A stretch of 64,000 bases of DNA from Malacoraja senta (Eukaryota). Made by a program: the position numbers and the translations under genes. Below, piece after piece: positions 27,331 through 39,900 of the stretch (position 1 is the stretch's first letter; each line of letters begins with the position of its first letter). Where the stretch lies: assembly GCA_038087875.1 (NCBI GenBank), contig CM075988.1:17548001-17612000 (forward strand). The letters run 5' to 3'. The notes below the pieces were generated by a model, which was given only the letters and a program-made list of their open reading frames with translations, was not told the DNA's origin and did no database searches.

Positions 27331-28785
27331 TCATAGAAACATAGAAAATAGGTGCAGGAGGAGGCCATTCGGCCATTCATTGTGATCATGGCTGATCGTC
27401 CCCTATCAATAACCCGTGCCTGCCTTCTCCCCATATCCCTTGACTCCACTAGCCCCTAGAGCTCTATCTAACTCTCTCTTAAATCCATCCAGTGACTTGG
27501 CCTCCACTGCCCTCTGTGGCAGGGAATTCCATAAATTCACAACTCTCTTGGTGAAAGAGTTTTTTCTCACCTCAGTCTTAAATGACCTCCCCTTTATTCT
27601 AAGACTGTGGCCCCTGGTTCTGGACTCGCCCAACATTGGGTACATTTTTCCTGCATCTAGCTTGTCCAGTCCTTTTATAATTTTATATGTTTCTATAAGA
27701 TCTCCCCTCATCCTTCTAAACTCCAGTGAATACAAGCCTAGTCTTTTCAATCTTTCCTCATATGACAGTCCCGCCATCCCAGGGATCAATCTCGTGAACC
27801 TACGCTGCACTGCCTCAATCACAAGGATGTCCTTCCACAAATTAGGAGGCCAAAACTGTACACAATACTCCAGATGTGGTCTCACCAGAGCCCTATACAA
27901 CTGCAGAAGAACCTCTTTACTCCTATACTGAAATCCTCTTGTTATGAAGGCCAACATTCCATTAGCTTTCTTCACTGCCTGCTGTACCTGTAAGCCAACT
28001 TTCAGTGACCGGTGTACAAGGACGCCCAGGTCTCGCTGCACCTCCCCCTTACCTAACCTAACCCCATTGAGATAATAATCTGCCCCCTTGTTTTTGCCGC
28101 CAAATTGGATAATCTCGCATTTATCTATATTATACTGCATCTGCCACGCATCTGCCCACTCACTCAACCTGTCCAGGTCATCCTGCAACCTCCTAACATC
28201 CTCTTCACAGTTCACACTGCCACCCAGCTTTGTGTCATCCGCAAACTTGCTAGTGTTGCTCCTAATTTCCTCTTCCAAATCATTAATATATATGGTAATC
28301 AGTTGCGGCCCCAACACCGAGCCTTGCGGCACTCCACTCACCACTGCCTGCCATTCTGGAAAGGACCCGTTCACTCCTACTCTTTGCTTCCGGTCTGCCA
28401 ACCAATTTTCTATCCACGTCAACACCCTACCCCCAATACCATGTGCTCTAATTTTAGTCACCAGTCTCCCGTGCGGGACCTTATCAAAGGCTTTCTGAAA
28501 GTCTAGATACACTACATCCACTGGCACCCCTTCATCCATTTTACTTGTCACATCCTCAAAAAATTCCAGAAGATTAGTCAAGCATGATTTCCATTTCATA
28601 AATCCATGTTGACTTGGACTAATCCTTTTACTGCTATCCAAATGCCCCATTATTACCTCTTTAATAATTGACTCCAGCATCGAAGTCAGGCTAACTGGTC
28701 TGTAATTCCCCGTTTTCTCTCTCGCTCCTTTCTTGAAAAGTGGGATAACAATAGCTATCCTCCAATCCACAGGAACTGATTCCAA
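27331..28785 (-). mobile_element. Young 5'-truncated CR1 LINE with an uninterrupted 459-aa RT-containing ORF2 segment
   Basis: YRPVSLTS, QHGF, YLDFQKAFDKVPH, GVPQGSVLGP and FADD motifs; no endonuclease domain; 3' tail at ~27331-27350. Confidence 0.95.
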
Positions 28786-30954
28786 TCAAAGATAGTCTGT
28801 GGTTCTCCAATGGGGTAGATAGTAGTTCAGGACTGCTCTCTGTGGTAGGATGATTCAGTTGCCTGATAAAAGTTGGGAAAAAACTGACCCTGAATCTGGA
28901 GGTGTGCGTTTTCACACATGTATCTTTTCCCCGATAGGAGAGGGTAGAAGAAGAGAGATGCTGCTGGCCCTGATGAGGAAGTGTGAGGTATAAACTGAGT
29001 TAATGGAAAGGTTGGTTTGTGCGATGGTCTAGGATGCGTCCGCAATTCGCTGCAAATTCTTGCGGCCTTGGATGGAGCTGTTCCCAAACCAAGCTGTGAT
29101 GTAACCCGATAAAATGCTTTCTACAGCACATCTGTAGAAGTTGGCGAGAGTTGTTGGGGACATGCCAAACTTCCTAAGTCCCACCTGCCTGCTTTTGGCC
29201 CAAATCCTCTAACCCAATCCAAGGGTTAGCCAATGTACTAAAAAGTGGGTAAAGTAATTTCTGTACTAGAAATTTGGTCCATGGCAAGCTCCTAAAAAAC
29301 AGCAGTATAATTTAAACAATTAACCTGTAACATTTAAGCGATACATTTTCTCAGGACTTCAGGGATAGTGATTAATAATTTACATACTCCTGACATGGCT
29401 TCATTCTTCTGAGAAAGTGGATATCAGGCAAGTAATTAGATATGCCCAATTCCAATGAAATAATCAACGTATTTTACCAGTTTGTGATCAAAAGGGATTT
29501 TTTAAAATCTACTTAATTTCACTAATCTACTAAATCTACTAAAGCATTTCATTTGTGAGAAACAAGTTCAAGGAAGCAATTTTTAAAATGTTGTAATTAT
29601 TTGGCACTTTTTGTAGTCTAAAGTTTTCTGAAGAACTTTGCACTGTAGCATCAAATGTGATGTTTATACTCAGATCTTTAGAGTGAGAATTGAATCCACA
29701 GTATGTGTACTATCAACTGTGCCATCGCTGAACTGGAACAGTTGAATATTTCTAACCCTCTTTCTGTTCATGGTTTCTGAAGAGTCATGGAGTCATAGAG
29801 TCATACAGCTGGGAATCAGGCCCTTCAGCCCAACTTGCTCATGCCGACCAACATGCCCCATCTACATTAGTCCAACCTGTCTGCATTTGGCCCATATCCA
29901 TGAAAACCTATCCTATCCATGAACCTGTCTAAATGTTTCTTAAACATTGTAATAGTACCTGCCACAACTACCTCCTCCGGCAGCCCATTCCAAGCTTTAT
30001 GTAACAAAGTTACCCCTCAGGTTCTTATTAAATCTTCCCCCCCTTACCTTAAGTCTATGTCCTCCGGTTCTTGATTCCCCATCTCCGGGTAAAAGACTGT
30101 GCATTAACCCTATCCATTCCTCTCATGATCTTATACCTTTATCTTTCCTATAACAGGGTGACCAACACTGAACACAATATGGCCACACCTACTGTATGTC
30201 ATGTACAAGAATCCTTTGATGTCTTGTTATGTCGTCTTCATTGTTCCAATCTTTTCCTGGGCATTCTTCCCCCTTTTTTGTACACTCCATGATCTGCCGT
30301 TTTCACACCGTGCCCTTCCATATCTCCAGTTTCCCTCTCCCCTGACTCTCAGTCTGAAGAAAGGTTTCCACCCGAAAACTCTTTGACTGACCCACTGAAT
30401 TCCTCAAACAGTTTAATTTTTTGCATCACGTAGCTCATCTGTGATTATTAAGTAATGCTGAGAGACTAAAAAAAAGCAGTAAACATCCTTATTATGAAAA
30501 GATACTGCATTTAAAAGAAAATCATGTGCATTTTGATATGTTTATCCTTTATGCAAAGGATCAGTTATTAAGATGTAAGTGTCATTTGGATTTCAGTTCA
30601 ATGTCATTTATATGTGATTGGAAACAAGGTCAAAGGTTTCTCAGAAGCTGCATTTTTTATTTTTCACTTCAATTTTCAACAGAATATTCTTTACTGAGGG
30701 CAGGCAAATGGGAATAGCTTTGATAGACATCTTGGTCAGCATAGATGAGTTGGGTCTGTTTCCATGCTGCATAATTCTGTGACTATTATTTTACTATTTT
30801 GTCTGCAATGAGTAAACTATGGATAATATAAATAATGTTATGTTTTAATTTTAATTTCTGATAACAACAACATTTTAACACAATGAAAATATGAGTGATC
30901 ACATGAATAAGATCTTAAGATCTTATGCTACAAACGTGGGTTTTTGTGCTTTTG

Positions 30955-31835
30955 CAGATAGTCGGTGTGAAAAATTACAGCATGATCTTGATTGATTGGC
31001 CAGGTGGGCTGAGGAATGGTCCATGGAATTTAATACAGAGAAATGTGAGGTTGCATTTGGAAAGTCTAATATAGGCAGGACCTACACAGTGAATGGGAGG
31101 GCTCTGGGGAATGTTGTAGAGCAGAGGGATCTAGGAGTGTAGGTGCATGGTTCCTTGAAGATAGAGTCTCAGGTAGATAGTGTGGTCAAAAAGGCTTTTG
31201 GCACATTGACCTTCATCAGACAGAGTACTGAGTAAAGAAGTTGGGAGGTCATGTTGCAGTTGTATAAGACGTTGGTGCAGCCGCATTTAGAGTATTCAGT
31301 TCTGAACACCATGTTATAGGAAAGATGTCCAGAGAAGATTTACTCGAGAAAGGGTACAGAGAAGATTTACAAGGATGTTGCCAGGACTAGAGGGTCTGAG
31401 CTAAAGGAAGAGATTGAGTAGGCTGGGACTCTTATAGAGGTGTATAAAATCATGAGAGGATTCGATCAGGTAAGATGCACAGTCTCTTGCCCGGAGTAGG
31501 TGAATCGAGGACCAGAGGACATAGGTTTAAAATGAAGGGGAAAAGATTTAATAGGTATCTGAGGGGTAACCTTTTGATACAAAGAGCGGTGGGTGTATGG
31601 AACAAACTGCTAGAGGAGGTAGTTAACACAAGGACTATCTCAACGCTTAAGAAACAGTTAGATAGGTACATGGATAGGACAGGTTTGTAGGGATATGGGC
31701 TAAACGCGGGTAGGTGGGACTAGTGTAGCTGGGACATGGGACTAGTGTAGCTGGTAGGTGGGACTAGTGTAGCTGGCCGGTGTGGGCAAGTTGGGCCAAA
31801 GGGCTTGTTTCCAGACTGTATCACTCTATGACTAT
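30955..31835 (+). mobile_element. Degenerate CR1 LINE 3' part, present at this site only upstream of Gig2 copy A
   Basis: CR1 motifs (ORF 31475..31690). The flanks are near-contiguous in the paralogous regions (~53340-53390, ~61520-61570). Confidence 0.75.
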
Positions 31836-32058
31836 CAGTACAACAGAGGGTGCAAGCGCTATACAGCAGGTCCATTTTCTTGAAACATTTCTTGAGAAGG
31901 AAACTGAAAAGTTAGGAATTAATACGTTGGGCAGCATTCCGTGATGAGAAAAACAGTTAACATTTTAGGTCAGTAACCCTTCATCAGACTCGATCAGTCC
32001 AATGACAAAATGTTAACACTCAGTTTCGCACCACAGATGCTGCCTAACCTGCTATGTA

Positions 32059-33252
32059 AGGATACTTCCTGCACCCGTGCAGAACTCATGAGTTTCATTA
32101 ACTTCACTACCAATTTCCATCCTGAACTCAAATTCATTTGGACCATCTACGGCACCTCCCTCTCCTTTCTTGATCTCAACGTCTCCATCACAGGAGACTA
32201 TTGACTGACGTCTATTATAAACCTATTGACTCCCACAACTATCTAGACTATACTACTTCTCACCCTGCTTCCTGCAAAGACTATATCTCCTACTCCCAAT
32301 TCCTCTGACTATGCTGCATCTGCATCCAAGATGAGGTGTTCCATACCAGGACAACTGAGATGTCCTCATTCTTTAGGGAACGGAGTTTTCCCACTCCCAT
32401 CATAGATGAAGCCCTTCACATGTGTCTCCTCAGTACCCCGCAGCTCCGCTCATGTTCCCCCTCCGCCCAGTCGCAACAGGGACAGTCCCCCATGTCCTTA
32501 CCTTTCACCCCATCAGCCATCGCATACAACACATAATCCTCCGACATTTTTGCAACCTCCAATGGGATCCCACCACTCGTCACATCTTCCCATCTCCATC
32601 CCTTTCTGCCTTCCCCAGAGACTGTTCCCACCACAATTACCTGGTTAACTCATCCTTTCCCACCCAAACCACCCCCTCCCCAGATACCTTCCCCTGCAAC
32701 CACAAGAGATGCAACACCTGTCCCTATACCTCCTCCCTTGACTCTGACAGTCCTTTCAGGTTAGGCAGAGGTTCACTTGCACCTCTTCCAACCTCATCTA
32801 TGGTATCCATTGTTCAAAGTGTGGACTCTTATACATCAGCGAGACCCAACGTAGACTGGGCAATCGTTTCACTGAACACCTTTGCTAAGTCCGCCTGGGC
32901 CCACCTGATCTCCCGGCTGCCAAACACTTTAATTCCCCTTCCCATTCCCAGACTGACCTTTCCGTTCTGGGCCTCCTCAATTGTCAAAGTGAGGGAAAAG
33001 CAAATTGGAGGAACAGCACCTCATTTTTCACTTGGGCAGCTTGCAGCAGTATGAATATTGATTTCTCTAACTTCAAGTAACCCTTGCATCCCCACTCTCT
33101 CTGTTCCTCCCCCCACTCAAATCATTGTACTAGCTTCAGAGTCGTTTTGTTGAGTCTCACTGTCTGAAACTCATTTTCATCTAGCCCACACCTAACTATG
33201 GCCTAGATGCTGTCTGACCCGCTGAGTTCCTCCAACTTTATATGTCTATCTA
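32059..33252 (+). mobile_element. Penelope-like element (Neptune-type) fragment: RT thumb, Cys-rich linker, GIY-YIG endonuclease, 3' end; 7-bp TSD CTATGTA
   Basis: Translations FTTNFHPELKFIWT..LSFLDL, CNHKRCNTCPY, FTCTSSNLIYGIHCSKCGLLYISETQRRLGNRFTEH. CTATGTA at 32052-32058 and 33253-33259; single copy at the empty paralogous site (61752-61758). Confidence 0.85.
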
Positions 33253-33377
33253 CTATGTACTTCCATCAATTTACATTTTCATCTCTGATTTTAAACATTG
33301 GCCTTTGATGTTTATAAGTGAATGACTTTGGAGAAGTATAAGCTCACAACTGAAGTTGTAAAACTACTTTGGAGTAC

Positions 33378-33388
33378 GAAACTGAAAC
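33378..33388 (+). promoter_or_regulatory. ISRE/IRF-E-like element, distal promoter of Gig2 copy A
   Basis: GAAACTGAAAC fits GAAANNGAAA(C/G). AT-rich AAATAAAA at 33401-33408. Position conserved in copies B and C. Confidence 0.65.
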
Positions 33389-33424
33389 CCACAAAAATTC
33401 AAATAAAAGTACAGATGTTCCTCA

Positions 33425-33455
33425 TCCTGACAGCAGAGTTGCTTCCTGGAAGCAG
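33425..33455 (+). other. Predicted short non-coding exon 1 of Gig2 copy A (5' end uncertain)
   Basis: Donor CAG|GTGAGT at 33456-33461, conserved in all three copies. GAS-like TTCCTGGAA at 33443-33451. Confidence 0.55.
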
Positions 33456-34199
33456 GTGAGTAACACGGTGATTTCTGCTCCTTCGTGCGTGTGATATAAG
33501 CTGTAAGTAGTGAAGGAATCAAGGGGAAGAGGAGAACTTTCTTATACATTGAGGGATTGTAATATTAAGTGAAGTTGAAATTTTAAAAGGGGAAATGTAT
33601 ATTTACTTGAAAAGTACAAAATCAAAAAGCCATGATCAAGAGCAGGGGTGTGGGACTAATTGCATAATGGCGTGCCTTCTCACTGGGATATCTTTAAGGC
33701 TATTGTGTCATTTTTCTGGGAATTTGGGACTGTGTTAAAAATTTTGAAGTCTTCATGTACCAGTCATGTATCAATAAGTCACTCTGAACGACAGAGGATT
33801 GAATCGACAAATTTGCAGTCGGTTCCTGTTATTGCAAACTCACAAGAGTTGACGTTGGATTTCCTTTGGAAGTTTAATTGTGAAATAAATCCTGCATTTT
33901 TAAATAATTGTAAGCAGAAATAATAAGCGGTGTACGAGGTGAAACACACTTTAATGTTATTAATAACGGTGAGCAGACACACAACTTGTGGAAAATGCTA
34001 ATGTGCTCACTCCCTTGCCTTTAGTCAAGTCAGGTCAAGTCACATTTATTTATATAGCCCATTTAAAAAACAACTCTCATTGGCCAAAGTGTTGGCCTTT
34101 AAGTATTGATTTCACTCCTTTTCCTACCCAACGAATCAACAACTTTTGCCATTTATTTTTTGAGGATTATTATAAAACTGTTTGCTCGCTGGAAAAAAT

Positions 34200-36167
34200 G
34201 AGGAATTTGAAGTCTGAAGAAGGGTTTCGGCCCGAAACGTTACCTATTTCCTTCGCTCCATAGATGCTGCTGCACCCGCTGAGTTTCTCCAGCATTTTTG
34301 TGTACCTAGGAATTTGAAGTGTCCTGTTAAACATTACTGAACATATCTTTACTGAAAGACTAGACAAATTCATTGAGAAGCACAAATTGCTGACTGATAG
34401 TCAGTATGGATTCAGATCAAACAGATCAACATGTATGGCGCTAATCGAATTAAAAGAAGAAATTACTAATAGTATTGACAAAAGAAATATACAGTGGGAG
34501 TATTTATAGATCTAAAAAAAGCTTTTGATACCATTGATCACAATATATTCCTTGATAAATTGGAAAGCTACGTTATCAGGGGGGGTGTTGAATTGGTTGA
34601 GAAGATATTTAAGTAACAGGCAACAGTTTGTGAAGATAGGTGAGCATAAATCAACATGCTTGGATATTACTTGTGGAGTACCTCAGAGGCCAGTATTAGG
34701 ACTGAAATTGTTCATCCTGTATATAAATGATATATGTAGAGTATCAAAAATATTGAAATTTGTTTTATTTGCGGATGATACTAATATCTTTTGTTCCGGG
34801 AAGAATTTACAGCAGCTTTTGGAGGCGATCACATCAGAAATTAGAACATTAAAAAGGTGGTTTGACATAAACAAATTATCATTAAATTTGAACAAAACAA
34901 AGATTATGTTGTTTGGAAATTGTAAAATAAACACTCAGGTACAAGTGAGGATATATGGTGTTGATATAAAAAGAGTATATGAAAATAAATTTCTTGATGT
35001 GATATTAAACCACAAAATCTGCTGGAAACCTCATATAAAACATGTGCGAGCAAAGAGCATTGCAGTCCCAGGAAGAACAAGGTACATTCTGAATCACAAA
35101 GTGCTGTACATTGTTTATTGTTCACTTGTGCTGCCATATCTAAATTACTGTGTGGAGCTATGGGGTAACATTTACAAAAGTGCTTGAACTTTTTCATTTT
35201 TTTCTCTTCCCCTGTTATGTACTATGTTTACATATTCACATATTCTGTTGTGCTGCAGCAAGTAAGAATTTCATTGTCCCATCCGGGACATATGACAATA
35301 AAACACTCTTGAATCTTGACTCTCTTGACCCTACATCCATTATGCATACTGCAAAAAAGGGCCATAAAGGATAGTTAATAATGCAGGATTTCGTGAACAC
35401 ACCAACTCTCTGCTTTTCAAGTCAAATGCCTTGAAGTTGATGGATCTATTAGAATTTAATACAGCACAAATAAAGTATAAAGCAAGAAATAATTTATTAC
35501 CAGGTAATATACAAAAATTGTTCTTTAACAGGGAGGGTGGTTATAATTTGAGAGGAAAGTTTAATTTAAAGAAACTTTGTGTTCGTACAACTGAAGAGTA
35601 TGTGTATTTCAATCCGTGGGGTGAAATTGTGGAATGATTTGGATGTAGAACTCAAGCAAAGCACAAACATTACTCAGTTTAAGAAGAAGTGCAAAAATAT
35701 TATTTTCCAGAGGTATAAGAATGAGGAAGGGCTGTGATGATGGTTAAGTTTTAGTTTATTGACAGAGTGTGATGTTCGTGATGTACATAGAATTTGGATA
35801 ATTGTTTATAAACTGTGTATATGTATGTTTGCGGGCGTGCATATGCTATAATATATGTATGTATGTATGTATGTGGCTTATGTGTGGAAGTATGTATGTA
35901 TATGTTTGTGTATGTATATATATATAGGTGAGATAAAGTTTGTGAATTAATCGATGAGTAGAGGGGAAGGGGTTGCAATAAATAAGTGTATACTTCCTCC
36001 TACTCTTTTTCGAACATGTAAGATTTAATTTGTGATGTTTATGAGAAGTTATTCAATGAGTTATGTATAAGTTTATTGTTCATTTCATGTTATTGTTATT
36101 GTGCTTTGTTTTTAACTTTTTTTGTTTTACATGTTTGAAATAAAATGTATACTAATACTACTACTAA
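34200..36167 (+). mobile_element. AT-rich L2/Crack-like LINE RT fragment with 3'UTR and (ACT)n-like tail
   Basis: [53 protein letters not shown] and actaatactactactaa at ~36139-36167. Interrupted by small insertions. Confidence 0.8.
34214..34307 (+). mobile_element. 94-bp hammerhead-bearing insertion with 13-bp TSD
   Basis: AGGAATTTGAAGT at 34201-34213 and 34308-34320; the insert begins CTGAAGAAGGGTTTCGGCCCGAAACGTT. Confidence 0.8.
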
Positions 36168-36374
36168 ACATAGCAACATAGAAACATAGAAAGTAGGTGC
36201 AGGACTAGGCCATTCGGCCCTTCTAGCCAGCACCGCCATTCAATATGATCACGGCTGATCATACAGAATCATTCCTGCTTTTACCCCATATCCCTTGATT
36301 CCATTAAACATGATATCTGCATGAAAGATATGCAAAAAAGCAACGATGATCAAGAAGACAATCCATAATTACTT

Positions 36375-36640
36375 GTGGGCTAGGTGAAAATGAGTTTTAC
36401 AGACAATGAAACTCACCAGGACGCCAGTGAAACTCGTATAACGACTGGGGTGGGGGAGGGGCGAAGAGAGAGGGGATGCAAGGGTTACTTGCAGTTAGAG
36501 AAATCAATATTCAGACTGCTGACTTGTCAGCTGCCCAAGCAAAATATTAGGTGCTGTTCCTCCAATTTGCGTGTGGCCTCACTCTGACAATGGAGGAGGC
36601 CCAGGATAGAAAGGTCAGCATGGGAGTGGGAAGTAGAGTT
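36375..36640 (-). mobile_element. Penelope-like 3' fragment
   Basis: Reverse complement of the 32950-33190 region (aaattggaggaacagcacct, ttgggcagc, aatattgatttctctaac). Confidence 0.7.
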
Positions 36641-36774
36641 AAACTGTCCCTGAACCTGGAGGTATACACTTCACACTTCTGTTCCTCTTGCATAGAGGGG
36701 AGAGGAGAGAAGAGGGAATGTCCTTGATTCTGCTGGTGGTGTTGCTGAGGCAGTGTGGAGTTAATTAGAAGATA

Positions 36775-36905
36775 CCATCCATCCATCCATCCATCCATCC
36801 ATCCATCCATCCATCCATCCCTCCATCCATCCATCCATCCATCCATCCCTCCATCCCTCCCTCCCTCCCTCCATCCCTCCCTCCCTCCCTCCCTCCCTCC
36901 ATCCA
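36775..36905 (+). repeat. (TCCA)n/(TCCC)n microsatellite at the 5' end of the Helitron array
   Basis: Seen directly. Confidence 0.95.
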
Positions 36906-39900
36906 ATATTAAAACTCTGTGGCTGCCATCCGCCTGACTTGTGTCACAAATCCCCTTTGATACCGCCCTAGGCCCACACAGCACGCGGAAACGCCGATAT
37001 TTTTTACCATTTCTATACGAATTCTTTACGAATAGACACTCCTGATTAAATTTCTTCCTGTTTATGTACACATTTTTTAATAAAATACATCACCCCCCCC
37101 AACCCCACTCACTCATTTTGTTTCCTCCTGCTGGTCAGCCACCATAACGGCTGCTGCCGACCTCCTCTGCTCCGAAAACGACGCCATCTTTTTTTCGCAA
37201 GCAATTTTCACCCCGGGGTATGAATCACGTTTGGACTCTAAACCCCGGGTTCTGAAGCACGTTCAGTGTCCAAGGGGTCTGAAGCACGTTCTGAGTTTTC
37301 ACCCCGGAGTTTGAAACATGTTCATGGGTTTTTTTCGCTAATGATTTTCACCCCGGGGTCTGAAGCACGTTCGGGATCTCACACCCTGGGGTCTTAAGCA
37401 CGATCGGTGTCCAGACCCAACGGGTCTGCACTTGGTCTAGTAATATATTAAAATTCTGTGGCTGCCATCCGTCTGGCGGTCCGGCCGCCTGACTTGTGCC
37501 ACCAAGCCCGTTTGATACCGCCCAATGCCCACACCGCACGCGGAAACGCCGATATTTTTTTCCATTTCTAAAGAGATTTCATTTATCTTTACGAATAGCC
37601 ACTCCTGATTAAATTTGGTTGTGTTTATGTACACTTTTTAAAATAAAATACTTCTCCCCCCCCCAACATTTCAAAATGTTAAAAAACCAGCTCTCAGCCA
37701 TAGAATATTAGTCAAGTTTCCATTGTGTGATGTCACAATGCCCGATGCTCGCACATGTCCAATCGGAATGGATCCATTTACATATGCCTTTGCAGCAGCC
37801 CCAGCCCCAGCCTCTCCCCCCCACCCCCACAGCCTGTGTCGAAGGGCGTCGTCACGTGTGTGGGGGTGATAGGGAATGGGGAAATTTCAAAATGTTAAAA
37901 AAAACAGCTCTCAGCAATAGAATGTTAATGAAGGTTCCGTTGTGTGATGTCACAATGCCCAATGCTCACAGATGACAAATCGGAATGGATCCATTTACAT
38001 ATGCCTTTGCAGCAGCCACAGCCCCAGCACCTCCACCCCCACCCCCACCCCCGCAGCCTGTGTCGAAGGGCGTCGTCACGTGTGTGGGAATAGAGAAAGA
38101 GGATTGGGGGTGATAGGGAATGGGGAACAGATGGACTGTCCCTACCCCTCCTACTTCCACTCACCCTCCCCACTCTTCCCCCTCTCTCCTCTCCCCCTCC
38201 CTCCCCTCCCACACCCTCTCTTCCCTCTCCACCACCCCTCTTCACCCCCAACTCACCCCGCCCCCTTCCCCTCTCTCTTGCACCACTCCCCGCTACCCCT
38301 CTGCCCCTCACTCCCCACTCTTCCCTTCTCCCTCCCCCACCTGTCTCCCTCCACCCTCCCTCTCTCCCTCTCTTCCCCCTACTCCTCTCCCCTTCCCCTC
38401 ATCCCCTCTCTCCACCTCTAACATCCCCTCCCCCCCTCTCCCCCCTTCCTGCCCTCCCTGCTCTCCTACCACTCCCCACTCTCCTCCCCCTCCCTCTCCC
38501 CCACCCTGCTCTCTCCTCCCTCACCAATCTCTCCCCTTTCCTCCTCGCCCTCTCCCCTCCCTCCCCCTCTCCTCTGCTCGCCCCACCCCAGTCCCCTCTC
38601 CCCTCTTCTCTCCCCACCCCGTCTTCCTCTCCCCCCTCCCCCCCGCCTGTGTTTGGGGGGTGGGTAGTGTGAGTGTGATGCCGCAGAACCCCCCCTCCCG
38701 CAAACGTGCGTTGGGAAAACCGCCTGTCAACAGTCTCTCTGTCTTTAAGACGGAACTGCAGATGCTGGAAAATCGAAGGTACAAAAAAAAAAAGTATAAC
38801 CTCAGCGGGTGCAGCAGAATCTATGAATCGAAGGAAATAGGCAACATTTCGGAAGAAAACACGTCTGAGGATGGACTTCGGCCAAAAGCATTGCCTATTT
38901 CCTTCGCTCCATAGATACTGCTGCAACCGCTGTGTTTCTCCAACTTTTTTTTGTGTACCAGTCTCTCTGTCTCTCCCCTCTCTCTCTCTCTCCCTCTCTC
39001 TCTGCGCTTCTCTCTTCACAGCCCGCGGATCGACTCATGCACGCCTGCTCCAACACCCCCCTTCACCTCTCTCCCCCATCCTCTCCTTCCTCTCTCCACC
39101 CCTCTCCTCTCTCCACCTCCTCTCTCACCACCTTCCTCTCCCCCCTTCCACTCCCCCCTTCCTCTCCACCGTCCTCCTCGCCCTCTTCAAATTTTTTTTT
39201 CAAACATTAAATTTTCTCTCTCTGCCCCCCCCCCTCTAGACGCACCTGAGAAGTGAGGGCTATTCATCAGTGGATAGGGTGGAGATGGGATAAAAGAAAC
39301 AAATTTAAAAATTAAATTAATATCAAGGGGTGTGATGAGAGTGTGTGTTTGTGGGTGCCGGATTCCGTGCTTTGGAGGAAAGAGGGTGGTTAGTGTGACG
39401 CCACAGCCCCACCCCCACCACCACCCCCCCCCCCCCCCCCCCGCAAACGCACGTTCGGTGTCCAGACCCAACGGGTCTGCACTTGGTCTAGTCTATCTAT
39501 CTGTTATATAAAACTCTGTGGCTGCCTGACTTGTGTCCGCCTGACTTCTGTCTGCCACCAAATCCCCATTTGATACCGCCCCAGGCCCACACAGCGCGCG
39601 GAAAGGCCCATGTTTTTTACCATTTCCAAAGAGATTACATTTATCTTTACGAATAGCCACTCCTGATTAAATTCGGTCGTGTTTATGTACACGTTTTTTA
39701 ATAAAATCTGCCCCCCCCAACCCCCACTCGATTTTCTCCGATTTTCTCCGAAAACGACGCCATCTTTTTTCCGCCTATTTTCTCCCAAAACGACGCCATC
39801 TTTTTTTCGCCGATTTTCTCCGATTTTTCCCGAAAACGACGCCATCTTTTTTTCGCTGATTTTCACCCCGGGGTCTGAAGCACCTTCGGGAACAACACCC

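Noticed and set aside
1497..28506. Long ORFs antisense to CR1 copies (e.g. 1497-1781, 21015-21527, 27416-27931, 28088-28498)
   Set aside because: Shadow frames of LINE ORF2 that recur wherever the element occurs.
27406..28785. 459-aa ORF as a host gene
   Set aside because: CR1 reverse transcriptase with a LINE 3' tail and 5' truncation.
33415..33455. ATG in the predicted exon-1 region as an N-terminal extension of Gig2
   Set aside because: After splicing to 45087 it is out of frame with the Gig2 ATG, and it probably lies upstream of the transcription start.
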